The position numbers and the translations under genes are program-made. A model generated the notes under the pieces. It did no database searches and had not been told where the DNA came from. It saw only the letters and a list, made by a program, of their open reading frames with translations. Positions 23,324 through 35,500 of a stretch of 64,000 nt of DNA are shown one piece after another (within the stretch, counting starts at the first letter, position 1; the number at the start of each line of letters is the position of its first letter). This DNA is from Euglena gracilis (Eukaryota), in NCBI GenBank assembly GCA_039621445.1, contig CP154954.1:33643455-33707454 (forward strand). The letters run 5' to 3'.

Positions 23324-23726
23324 CAGGCTTTTGCTTAAGGACCCCGGGGGGGGGGGTACTGGCTAGCCAATCGGCTAGACACTGGAAAAAGTGGACTAGC
23401 TAGACCCCCCCCCGGGGGGGGGGGGGGGCCGGGGGTCCCCCGGACTGGGAAAAAAATTTTCCCCCGGCGCTGTGCGCCGGAGGGAAAATGAGGTTTTTAA
23501 CAGGTTTTTGGCTGATTTTGTTCCAAAAATTCCCAAAAATGGCCAAAAACGGGCATTATTGGCCATTTTTGGGGGTCCCAAAAAAAATTCCACCAGCTAG
23601 CCCTGCTAGCAGACCCCCCCCCCCGGGGGGGGGGGGCTGCTAGAAAACCCACTAGCCAAATTTGGACTAGCTGCAGTCCAGCCCCTCCCCCCGGGGGGCT
23701 ACTGCAATCCCTTAAGCAAATGCCTG
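23324..23726. mobile_element. hAT-like MITE (copy of 8148-8552)
   Basis: Near-identical sequence, CAG...CTG ends, flanked on both sides by G runs of at least 8. Confidence 0.85.
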
Positions 23727-24584
23727 GGGGGGGTCATAACACCCCCATGACCTGCAACCTGTGACCGGGGGGTGGTCGTAAATGAGGGGTGGTCATACGA
23801 CTAGGGGGGGGGGTAGGCCGTTTTTTTTGTCAAAACTGACCTTTTCAAAATATCTCGACAATGAGGCAAAATCAAAGGAATGCCCGGAGACCAAAAATGA
23901 AGCCTTGGAATGCCCAATCCAACTGTGCTTTTCTTTTCCCCCAACTCTTCGTGTAGCTACGGCCATTTTTTCAGCCTTTTGGCCCATTTCTGGGTCATTT
24001 TTGAACTGGGCCGGGATCGAGGTGATTCCGCGGTTTTCATCTCATCACCTACCCTCGAAGAGATCAGAGCTCAGCGACCCCAACCCCAATCCAGACTCTT
24101 TCATTCTTTCACAAGCCTGCACAAATGCATTTGCAGAACAAAATCTTTTGTGAACATTTTGTGACGGTTGTGATCACGGGGGCTAACCTGTTGTTTGCTG
24201 AAACCTGAAAACCACTCAAAAACGCCACTGTGACCCTTTTTCAAAAAAATTTGCGCTAGGTCCAGCCCGGCTTTGCCGCCCAAACTTTATTTCATGGGGG
24301 GGTCCGCAGCCCGAAAGAACTGCCTGGTGGGTTTGGGTGGTCACTGGGAGGCCCCACCCAGAGAACATCGTGCAAGGAAAAATTCCTTCAGGGTCGACCC
24401 CCCCAACCACTACCATGGGGTTTCGATTTATTGTTCCGGACTGAAAAATGCATGTCCGATCAATTGATTTCATCAGAGTTTTCTTATGAAATTTGATTTT
24501 ATCAGAATTTTCAAAACTCAAAAAAAAATGCCTTCTCAACCCCAAATTGACACCTTGAAACCCCATCTCCCAAAACAAACACAC

Positions 24585-25406
24585 CTTTGCAACAATCACA
24601 GTTGCTGTTGTCTCCTTCCGGGCTTCGTTCACAAGTTCCTTATAAGCTAAACGAACGTTTTCCAGGCGGTCGATGGCACCTTCACTTTGAATCCAACCTG
24701 TGAATTTTTTTAACGACGTGCATGTCATTGCAAGTATTCAACTTCAAAAAAAAGAAAAGAATCGAAATTAGAGGGATCAATCATTGGCAGACGTCGGTCC
24801 AAAAATCCAGTCACTGCCATGTCATCTTTGACTTGGCACATGGCAGAGATGAGTGGACGCTGCTGCAGTGAGCAACCTCGGTGTTTTTCCAATCAACGAG
24901 TGAGAGCTCAGACGTGAAAGCACTTCATCTGCAAAAATTTGAGCACCCCAGTGCAGTGAACCTCAATGTGAGAGCGGATTTTGAGTGTAACATTCCCGGG
25001 TGTTCATTTTCCCACTTTCCCTGAGAAACTGTCAAAAATCATTTCAAAATGTGTCGAGTGATGGAAACACAAATGGAGGGGACACACCAAGAATGAACTT
25101 GAAGCCCTCTGACAAGCCTTGGAAAGTTGGGGACTGAAAAATTTTCTCTTCAGCCCAGAATGGGCCTTTCTCGGCAATTATGCTATCAAGCTTCTTGAAG
25201 TCCTCAACGTACACTTCAAACTTCTTATTTTCCACCTGATCTGATGGTGCACAAAATGTTCACACAACATTGTTGCAACAACACAAACCTGCAAACGAGT
25301 ACAACAACTTTGCAAAGTCCACATGTGACCCTCCTGAAAGAAAAAAGTGTGAAATTTTTCAAACAGCGTCAAATAATTTTACCCAGGAGCTCCAGTGGGT
25401 ACGCAT
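24585..25406 (-). pseudogene. short-intron multi-exon gene or gene remnant of unknown function, head-to-head with RPL39
   Basis: Protein-like blocks (VENKKFEVYVEDFKKLDSIIAEKGPFWAEEK; GWIQSEGAIDRLENVRLAYKELVNEARKE) separated by ~50-nt GT-AG segments. The first three exons join in frame; later joins do not. Confidence 0.4.
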
Positions 25407-25594
25407 TTCGGCTAAAATCGCTCTGATAGATCTCAATGTATTTTGGGCTCGGAACAGCGTAGTTCCTCAATCCATTCAGAGATCTGCACCTGATAAGGCT
25501 TTTTTTTGGCCAATGAAGAAGTTTCCGTCACACCTCCCAAAAACGGACACAGCTCGTCGCATGTGCATCGTAATCCGCGATTTACGTCAATCCT

Positions 25595-25631
25595 TATTTG
25601 ACCTTTTTTCCGTCCCTCTTTTCTTTTTCAG
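25595..25631 (+). promoter_or_regulatory. polypyrimidine tract and CAG acceptor 11 nt before the RPL39 start (trans-splice or 5'UTR intron acceptor)
   Basis: CCTTTTTTCCGTCCCTCTTTTCTTTTTCAG|ACCTCGGAAGG-ATG. Confidence 0.65.
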
Positions 25632-25642
25632 ACCTCGGAAGG

Positions 25643-25798
25643 ATGGGTGCCATCAAGACACTCAAGCAGAAGCTGAAGTACGGAAAGAAGATGAAGCAGA
25701 ACAGGCCTATTCCGTACTGGGTCCGATTCAAGACCAACAGCAAGCAAAGATACAACGAGAAGCGGCGTCACTGGAGGAGGACCAAGCTCAAGATGTAA
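25643..25798 (+). CDS. RPL39: 60S ribosomal protein L39 (eL39), 51 aa
   Basis: [51 protein letters not shown] contains the eL39 signatures KQNRPIP.W and RRHWRRTKL, and has the typical length. Confidence 0.97.
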   Translation: MGAIKTLKQKLKYGKKMKQNRPIPYWVRFKTNSKQRYNEKRRHWRRTKLKM

Positions 25799-28633
25799 AG
25801 TGAGAGGAACAATGGTCGCCTGTCTGCACATTCTGTCCTTCTGCTGCTTTGATTTCATTGTTTTTTGAGGCAAAAGTGGAACTTCATGATGGTTTCAAGC
25901 ATGCTGGACATTCCTCAGAATGCAATTGAAAGTCCACCCAGAAGGGTGGAATTTCACTGAGAACGAAGTTGTCTGCTGGCGTCGCATTCAATACCCATGT
26001 TTCCACTCATAGGCCTCACAGCGGTGGTTCTGCATGCTGCATTTTTTGCTAACCCCAGTGTCTTTTCTTTGGTAATAAGGAACAGTGAACCAGCCCTGTC
26101 AGGACGGCAGGATGGAATGGAGTGGTGGTTCTTCAATTTGCCACAGCACAATTATAATTAACCTCCCAGTCCCAAAAAATTTCACCAAAACCAAAAACCT
26201 GCTTTTGAAGCAGGTTTTTGTCATTTGTAAATTTTGTCATTTTTACTTATTCAGTGGTTGCTCCTTTTGGCTGTCTCCTCCCCATTTGCCCTTGGGTTGG
26301 CAATAGGCGGCCATGTGGTTCAAAGACTTTTTTTGGTTTGCAGACTCCACCTCTGAAAAAAACCAGTCTTTCACCCCTGGGGGGAGTTGGGTGGGGTAAG
26401 AGTATGACCTGGCTGGAGGAAGGGGGAAAAAATTGCAGAAAAACACCGGAATAGTGGTGACCAAAAAAAAATTGGTGCCCTCTCGGGAGGAATGGTCCGC
26501 CAGCGGGCCACCCGCGGTTTTCTGACCAAGAGGGGGGGGAAAAAATCGCTCAAAAAAAGGTTTTTCCGATTATCTTTTTTGCTCGCGATTTGGTCGAGAA
26601 AACGTTGAATATTTCCGGAAGTGTCGCACGGTGCGCATTGTGCCCCCCGTTCGCCGTTAATCGACACGCCTGGCCGGTGTTCAAGCGTCTGTTCCGGCTT
26701 TTGCGGCCCTAAAAGACCATTTGCGACAATAAAGTAAAATTAGGGGAAAATTCCGGAGAGCAAAAAATGAAGCCCTTTGAATGCCCTGTAAAACCATGCC
26801 TCGCGCCCCCCCCAAAAAAACTTTTTATTTTAGCCCGAGTTACGGCCATTTTCCTGCCAAATTTTGTACATTTTGCACAACTTTGGGTGGGGCAGGCCCG
26901 AAAATGAAAAAGTGGCTGGCCTGGCGCTGGAAATTTGTCGGGGGTTTCGGACTCCCACGACACAGGAAGGGGGAGGAAGGGACCAAGAGGGCGAAGCACA
27001 AGAAGATGGTGAGGAAAGCAGGACCTCACCATCTCGCAGTGCGGAGCCCGAATGGTCTTTTTTGGCTTTTTGGGAATATGTTCATTGCCTCTTCCTCCTC
27101 ATTCCAGAGTGGCCGATCCCCCCGGGGGAGTACTACCACTTTGCGCTCCGGGGGGTAAAGTGACTCACTGGTTTTTTCACAGTGGAAAATGCCTCCCCCT
27201 CCCCCCGGGGGCCGCTAAGCAGTGGCATGGTCCAGGCTCAACCTCTCGGAGGGTGGCAAGCTAGTGTATCTCGCCGGGGAAGCGCCGCCCGCACAGGCCA
27301 GGGCTGGGCAAAGGTCTGATGCAGGGGCTCTCTTGATATCCCGCGGAGGCTGTAATAAAAAATGATGCAACTTGCCGTGCGCGCTTCCCTTTGTTTTGCT
27401 TGGGGAAGTATCCTCTCGTAAAAATGTCTGGGAGTCCACAACCGGTAGGACACCACAATTTATTCCGCAAAATTTTGCTATCTGGAACGGGTTGGGGATT
27501 TAACCATGGCGCTGGACCGGGTTCCCAAATGCACCCTTATTGCCGTTTTGGCTCCCTGAAAAAAATCCTTTGGTCCAGCCGGACTTCGGCAGGCCGGAGC
27601 TTTCCCAGTCCCCGAAGCAGACCGAGAGGGGAGGAAGGGACACCGACGACGAAGCACAAACGCCAAGTGAGAAGTGCCTTCTTTTCAGCCCGCCCCGAAA
27701 AAAATTACACCGAAAACAGCACCCATTTAAGAAATGGGCCCCCATAACTTAAATTTGCGTTTTTGGGAATGTGTTGAACTGAACATTAAAAAATATCATT
27801 TTCGTATTTTAGAAACGCGAAATGCACTAAATTCCAGCAACTGCATTTTATCGCCATTCCAGGTCTCAAGGCCTCCATGCCCGGACACTTTTGCCACCCA
27901 GACTGGCTCCAACTATTTTCCGGATATTTTTGGGTATCTCTTTTTGCAGGCCCTTCCAATAAGGTATGCTCTTCCACTTTCATTCGGTGCTTTTAACAGA
28001 CCAACCCTATTATCTTGCTCCCTGTTTTCTTTTGGCGGCAGCCCACCTCGGCTCTCCTGGTTATGCTGAAGAACTGCATCGGTTTTAAAGACCCTTGGGG
28101 TGGAGGACCTTGCAAAATAGGGGAGATTGAGAAAGCATAAAGAAGCAAGGCTTTTGTCATCAGAAAGTTGTTGTCTGACACCAACCCCGATCAAAATTCG
28201 GAAATGCCTTGCTGTCCAAAGGTTGGGCTCCCCAGAGGGCTGGTGGGAGGACTGTGTGCGTCACACGGCATCCATCACAGGGCAACATTAATGTGTCCTC
28301 CATGGCTTTAAAAGGTGGCAGTTGGTGGACCCAGATTGAGTGCTGTGGAGATGAGGATGCGGAGAGCAAAACAATAAAAAAGAACATTGGGGCAGATTCA
28401 CGATGACAATGCCAGGAGAACAGAAAGGAAGGTTGAAAATGGAACCACACAATGAGGTGAATTTTGTGTGTTGCACCTTTGATAAAGGTGCGCTTGGGGG
28501 CGTTGCAACTTCAAGGAGCGAAGGTGAAATAGCGGGACAAAGGCGCCTCCAGCCCATAATTCAAATTTTGAGAATTCAAAAAAAGGTGACTGTGACCCTC
28601 AAAAATTTCTAGTTGATCTGAACAATGCTGTGA

Positions 28634-28768
28634 TGGTGGTGGTGGTGGTGGTGGTGGTGGTGGTGGTGGTGGTGGTGGTTTTGGTGGTGGTGGTGGTGGT
28701 GGTGGTGGTGGTGGTGGTGGTGGTGGTGGTGGTGGTGGTGGTGGTGGTGGTGGTGGTGGTGGTGGTGG
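28634..28768. repeat. (GGT)n microsatellite
   Basis: Directly visible. Confidence 0.95.
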
Positions 28769-29539
28769 AAAATTTTGGTGTTTTGGGGAACCCGAAAGAT
28801 TTTATTTTTGTGGCCAGAAGGCAGTGACGGAAAAAAATCTTCTGCTAAGAACAAATGGTGTTCGTGCAAAAATAATTGCAGATGGGTGGGTTGCATCAAA
28901 ATATTCACACGGGCAGATGAAAACCTGCATTGTTAAAAAATTTGAAAAAAAGTGAACACAAACAATAGCACATAAGATCCTTTAGGAGCTCCCCCGGGAT
29001 GAACACTTTTCTACTGGAGAGGATGAACACTTTTCCACCGATTTTTTTTTGGCCAGGGAAAAACTTCCATTATGCATAAAAATAAGCAATTTGTTGACCA
29101 AAAAACGCAAGAATGGCAAAAAGTTGACAAAAATTTTGGTGGCGGGGGGAAATCGGGGCCAAAACGAGGAATTTTTCAAAGTCAAAACCTTTCCAGAAAA
29201 AAATCCAAAAATGGCCAGGAAAAAAAAAGCAAGAAAGTCAAATTTTGCCACAATCAAAAAAAACACAAAAAAAAACCGAATTTGCATTTCCCCCTTGCTG
29301 CTTTTATGCATCTGTGCTTCCTGGCGAAGTTCCACTTCTTTTTTAAAAATAACACTTGAAAAAAAAAACACAGAACAAGGTGTACAACAGTCTCGTGTGG
29401 CTTTTTCCCACCAAAGCACTGCAAAAAAACTGAACAAAACCCAAAACATAAAACTACATCCCACTCCCATGACACACACAGCCACATCCCAGTTCAGCAA
29501 TCTGTGAATCCGATTGGTCGAGGGACATAACGGTAGGGG

Positions 29540-32500
29540 CCCTTTGAGCAGAAGGTGACTCAGGCAGCTGCTGCGGACCCGGCAAGGTGGGGAGGTGGAC
29601 GGCACAGCGCCAGGAGCTGGTGGCAAGCTTTGACAAATTACCAGTAGTTTCGGAAATTCTTGCAAAATAAGAGTTTTATATAAAAAATTACGTGAGAAAA
29701 AATGATTCCCACGTGGAGGTCACACAAAGCCGGCTTGATAATAGCCATTTTGGCCAAACGGGCTGGCAGGAAGGAGGGTGACAGACCACCATCCACCCCA
29801 AAACCCAAACCTCCAACCTCCAGGGATCGAAAATGCCCCCCCCCCCGGCCTGCACAGCCTCCCCACAACCTGAAAAAGCAAAACCAGGAGAAGAAACCTT
29901 CTCCGCTCCTCACGTTAACTCTGAAAAATTCTGACGCTTCGGTGCATCGAGCGTGTGGGTGTGGGAGAGATTGCATTGCACTGCCCAAATATGGCCCATT
30001 CTTTACCGGGGAGACTGAGAATGGGAAGTTTTCCTGGTTTCATATAACTTGGTCAAATACTGCAGTTAACAGGGCAAAAAAATTACGGTTAAAAAACGGT
30101 GAAATTTATAATTTTGGTGAAAACTTGATTTTTTGGAAATAATCAATGATTATTAATCAATTTAATTAAAAACTAACATAAAATGAAAAATAAAAATAAA
30201 AATACATTAAATTTCATTGGTATTCAACCACTTCTTAACATTTTTGTGCCATGTGTCGAGTTGTTTCGCCCATACTTTTCATTGAAGAAATACCAAATTC
30301 CGGCTAGGTTGCCTCAAAAAAAGCCATCGAGGGTCAATATCTGCCAATGTTCATTCATTTTGCCATTTTGGGCAATTTAAGACCATTTCCCAGCCATTTT
30401 TTGTCATTTTGGGCTGAGGATAAGGGAGGCTGACACCCGGTCAAAAACATGGCAAAAAATATGGCAAAATTTGGGTAATTCACAAAAACTTTATGGTCAA
30501 TCATAAGTTATGATGGTCTATCATAAGTTTTGTCCACCCTGATGATTTCAACACCTCAAGGTGGGAGGACTCAAACTTTTTGGGTGCTTTCAACCGTAAT
30601 CAAGTTCTATTTTTATGCCAAAGTTCCTTTATGCACCTCCCAGTTTTCCTCAAATGCACACACTTTTGCCCAATGGATCATTGATCATGGATCATGGATC
30701 ATTTCCTGCAGTAAATTGTTGTAGAACCAACTTTGCCTGACTTGGGAGGCAAATAGAAAGCCCATATAGGGGCTTTCAATTTGAGGGTGTGGTTAATCTT
30801 TCACTCTGGGCCAAAGCCACAGACGCAGAGACAGAAGAGACACCTGGAATACCCCCACACCCATGCACTGACATGCCATACTCTCTGGAGCGTCCCCCAT
30901 GCGAGCGGGCCTTCTTGGGAGGGGCATTACTGTGTGGCTGGCTGCCACTTGAAATGGTACACACCCCACCCTCGAGAGTGTGTCTGCATCGCCTTACCCC
31001 CACTCCCTTTGTCAACCACTGGCTGGTGGACGGCACGATGCACAGCCGCTGAGATAGGCTGGCGGAGGGGAGGGCGAAACAGAGGCGGACCACGTGAGCC
31101 GCCGGCAACCTGCAAAAGGAGGCCATGGGCTGGCAGACCGACATAACGTGGCCACACACCTTGACTCGGTTGGAATACCACCCCCAGGTGTTTGCAAAAG
31201 TGTTCGCTCCTGAGAATGCTATTCTGGCAGATCAGAGAGAGCAGCAAGCTGGGCATGACAGGAAGCCCATGGGCGTGCACTGCCAAGCGCTCAAAAACCT
31301 CCTCTGCCACTGCCAACCCTGGGCTGGTTGGAGAACGAAAACTTTTCAAAAAAATCAGCAGTGAAGACTCTTTCATAACGCAGGCTCATTCTGTGCAAGG
31401 GAAAAAAACCCGGAGCGGACGTCCTTCACACAAGCTTTGCCATCAACATCATCATCATCTCATCACATCACGCACGCATGCGCACCACCAGGGCATGTTC
31501 TTCGAATCATTCATTACAAGGAAATAAAAAATTAACACAGAGGAGACTGCATTCTTTGAGGTGTCGTGAAAAAGCATTGATGAAATTGGTCAGAAAAATT
31601 TCTGGAGGTTGAAGGATTTCATAAAGAAATGAATGCAAATTTCCTCCAGATCTTAAAGATGCTTCCAACTCAAATTACAAAATGCAAAAAAAAACCATAA
31701 TCAAGCAACAAAACCGTAAAAAAAATGTTTTTTTCTTGGAAATCAGCAGGCGATAAAAGCAAGAAATAATAATTTAAACCCCCAAATCCCCCTGGCCTTA
31801 GACTTTGGCTGCCCAAATGATACATCCCCCCTGCCACGCCCTTGAGAGGGAAATCAAGCAAGCAATTTCCATCCAAAACCAGCATATTTTGGCAAAAATA
31901 TGCCATTTCCAAAATGTTCAGGTAGCATCAACATAAAAGAAGTGTCAAAAATTGCAAAAATCAGAAAATATGTCAAAGTATTTCATTTCGGGGGCATTTT
32001 TTAAGTTTGAAAAATATGCCCAAATAATAAACCACCAGAATAATATATACCTCCCCAGGCTCTCGCCTTCGGATGCCCAAATAATGTGCCCCTTCGGGGC
32101 ACATTATTTGGGGGGTAATCTGAAAAACCACAACATTTTGCTGTCCGATGAAAAGAACCTTAAAACTAAAACATACAAATAGCATTTGACACCAGATTCC
32201 TTTTAGGAAAAGTGTTAAACAATTTATCAATGGTTTTGGGTCGCCAAAAAAACTTTGGGGGGGGTGGGGGCCAAAAAGATCTGTCCACCAACTTTGCAGG
32301 GGGGCAAAATTGTCTGGGGGGTGGTTAAGCCGGTGCCATTTTAAGCCTAATTCAGCCTAAACTTGGCATATTTCTGTTTAAATCCACACCCGAACGCTAT
32401 TTCTAACTTTAAGCCCAAATCTAATCCCAACTCGGCACAAAAAATACAGCACAAGACAAAAGCAGATGCACAACTTTTTGCATTATTTATAACTTGAACA

Positions 32501-35500
32501 AGGTGATTGAACAACTTGAACATACATGTCTTGCATTAATCCATTGTATTAATTAAAATATAATCTTCACTTAGCAACGTTATACTCAACATAATAAATA
32601 ATTAAAAAAAAAGGCAGCAAGAGTCTACTTGCCCCGCCTCCCCCGGGGGGGGGGGGGCTGAATTGAATCTCCAGGGGGGAGGGTGCATATGGCGGCCCCC
32701 ACGTCCCGCCTTTTGACTTTTCGGTCCTGCAGTGCCCTGAACCATGCCGGATCCGGGCGAATAAACTCAGATTCTGGGAGGACAGCCATTATTTTTATGA
32801 ATAGGGTCAGGGTTCGGACCGGCGCGCGGAAAATTAGCCCCGTTGAGGACAAAAGTTAGACCGGAAGTTAGGTCTCCATTTGGGAGATTTTTGGGGCGCA
32901 CTTTTGTCTTTTGGCCCAACTTGGTCCTTAATTCTTAAAATAAAACTCTCAAAAAGGGGTACCCTCCAGGAATCCGTAAAGAATACCCCGATTTTCCCCC
33001 GAGGTTGGACACGGGTGCCGCCATATCCCCGGCCTGCAGGTTCTACTTGCCCCCCAGGGGGGGGGGGCAAGTAGAATCTTGCTGCCAATTGAAAATACTT
33101 CACCAATCACCTAAGATATTAAGAAACATTTCCAATTACAATCATTCTGACTGCTGTTCTATTTATATAGCCAAATAATTTTGTTTGAAGTGATTTTATT
33201 ATTATACTTATCATTAATACACAAATAATGCTGGCATAAACAATATGATTCTTAAATAACATATGTATGCTTTAAAATAGATGTTATCATTTTGTTTTCA
33301 GTTTATTTTTTGGGGGAAAATTCAGCAGCACAAATTTAGAAGTAAATACTTTACTTCTAAATGTTTTACATATTCCAGGCCCCTCTTCTTCAAGCCCCTG
33401 GGGAGCCCCTGGGAATGGCCTGATGGTGTAACGAAAAACAGACTTTCCTGAATGGTGGAAAATTGGATTTTCTGAAATTGGACGGGAAAACTGAAATTGG
33501 ATGCCTCCTCGAAAAGGCAGGGAAAATCTAGACAGAAACTTGTCCAGAATTATCCCCACGGCATTTCCCCAGGGCAAGTCCTGCCCCCCGGAATGCCAAC
33601 ACTGAAGCAGGCGGCCCCCACACCGGACAGCGGAGCGCCAGTGGTTTTCGGCGTTCCCTGCAGGGACGGGGGTGGCAAACCGGGCGAGGGTGTCGCTGCA
33701 GCCGCTGCCCTCCTCGGGACTGTTGCCCGCCCCCTGCCAAGTCGACCGAGCATTTCCCCCGGAGGTTGGATTTTGGATTCTGCTTTGGGGAGCCGGATTT
33801 TGCCCAACCAATTCTTTTCAAACCCCCCTTCACCCGGCCGACCAAACCACAGCCTGCGTACCTCCAGCCACGTTTACCAGGGCTGTACGGGAAGGCCTGG
33901 CAGCCTGGTGGGCGGGTCGGACCCCCCCACCCACCACCCAATGGTTTCGGGGTTTCCCACATAGCCCTGGGGTTCACGGGGGGGGGGGGCGTGTTTGGGT
34001 CCAGGGCTTGGCGGGGCCCAGCCAGCGGCCGGCCGTGCCACAGCGGTCGGAGGCCGGGGGCGGGGCTGCCCGGCGGGGGAGCGGAGGGGACGGGGAGTGG
34101 CGGCGGCGGGGGGCCCAGGGAGGGCGGCGCGGGAGCGGCGGCGGGGCTGGCGTGGGCGACGGTGCGCAGGACCTGCGGAGCAACCCCGGGTGGATTTGCA
34201 CTGGGCACTGGCCCCACTCCCCCGGCCCAAGGCTGTGCGGGAATGCCTCGTGGGCAGCGGTGGGTTGACCCTCCCCCACCCACCATGGCACCGCCCAAGA
34301 AAAATGTTGAACAAAAATGGTGTTCCCGGAAACACGGGATGGTGGGGAGGGCCCACACCGCCCCCCACAACCCATGGGGTTTCGGGGATTCCCATACAGC
34401 TCTGACCCTGGCCGCCTGACCATCATATGATTTGAGATTGCTGAAGATTTTAACTTCGGGAATTCATCACCGAATAAGAGTAGCATTTGCAAAGCAAAAA
34501 AAGACAAAACGCTTTTGGAGTGAAATTTTTATACCATTTTTATCCAACGATGTTCTGATCTCCACAGGAATATCCTTCGGAGAGAAACTCTTCCCAAGGA
34601 GGCGGAAAAATGCATCCATTGGTCAGAGATACAAAGAAAACAGACATCTACAGAGATGTCCAAAAATATATACCTGAAGAAAATATGACCAACCTGAAGC
34701 TTTTTTTGCCTGCTTGGTCCCACTTGTCCCTATGAGAGGGGGGGCACCGGCATACCGTGCACATTGCATGCCGGCAGCCCTCATCGACGGTTGGACAAAA
34801 ACCCAGAAATTGGATGTCATGAAAAAGTTGGCCATAGCAAAAACCATCAAACTGCAGCAATCCTGAGGTCAGTAAGCTGTGGAGATGTGAAATGCTGATT
34901 GCTCTTGCAAATCAGCTCTGTCAAAGCGTGAGTTTTCAGAACCCAATCGCATGAATTTCGTGGAATTTTGGCCACCTTAACTTAATTTCAAATCAATTGG
35001 TAAATCTCAGGTGGTTGTTGATGAGAAATTGAATGAACTGCTGTTTAACATTGTCAACATTTTCTGACAATACACCCTCAGTGGTCCCCATCAGGTTTCC
35101 CTCAACACCTGGAGGATGCGTAGCAGCTGACACTCCAAGGGTTGCCCTGGCCAGGCTGCTTTGTTCCACCCAGGCTTCCAGGGGTCCGCCAGCACCCCAC
35201 GCCCACAGGGGTATGGGGGGCCCCCTCCACCAAAAAGCAAAAAGAACAGCCTGGTCTTGACGCGGGACTGCAGTCCAGCACAGCGACGGCAGTGGAGGGG
35301 CCCGCACGGCAGTGGGGCAAGGGGACCGCACTGGGGGGCGGGTGGCGGCAGGGCCCCCCCCACGATGGTTGTCAGATGGCCTTGGCGCCTCCCGTCGCAC
35401 ACCGGCCACCAGGCGCAGGAAGCAGAGACGGACCGAGGAAGGGACCCCACGCTCATGTTGGGCACTGGGGGAAGCCCGGAGGGCCCCGGGCTTGTGCACA

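Noticed and set aside
27790-28560. Possible degenerate LINE RT C-terminal fragment (VLPPALWGAQ)
   Set aside because: Similarity too short and frames broken.
28609-28908. poly-His / poly-Val ORFs
   Set aside because: Translations of a (GGT)n microsatellite.
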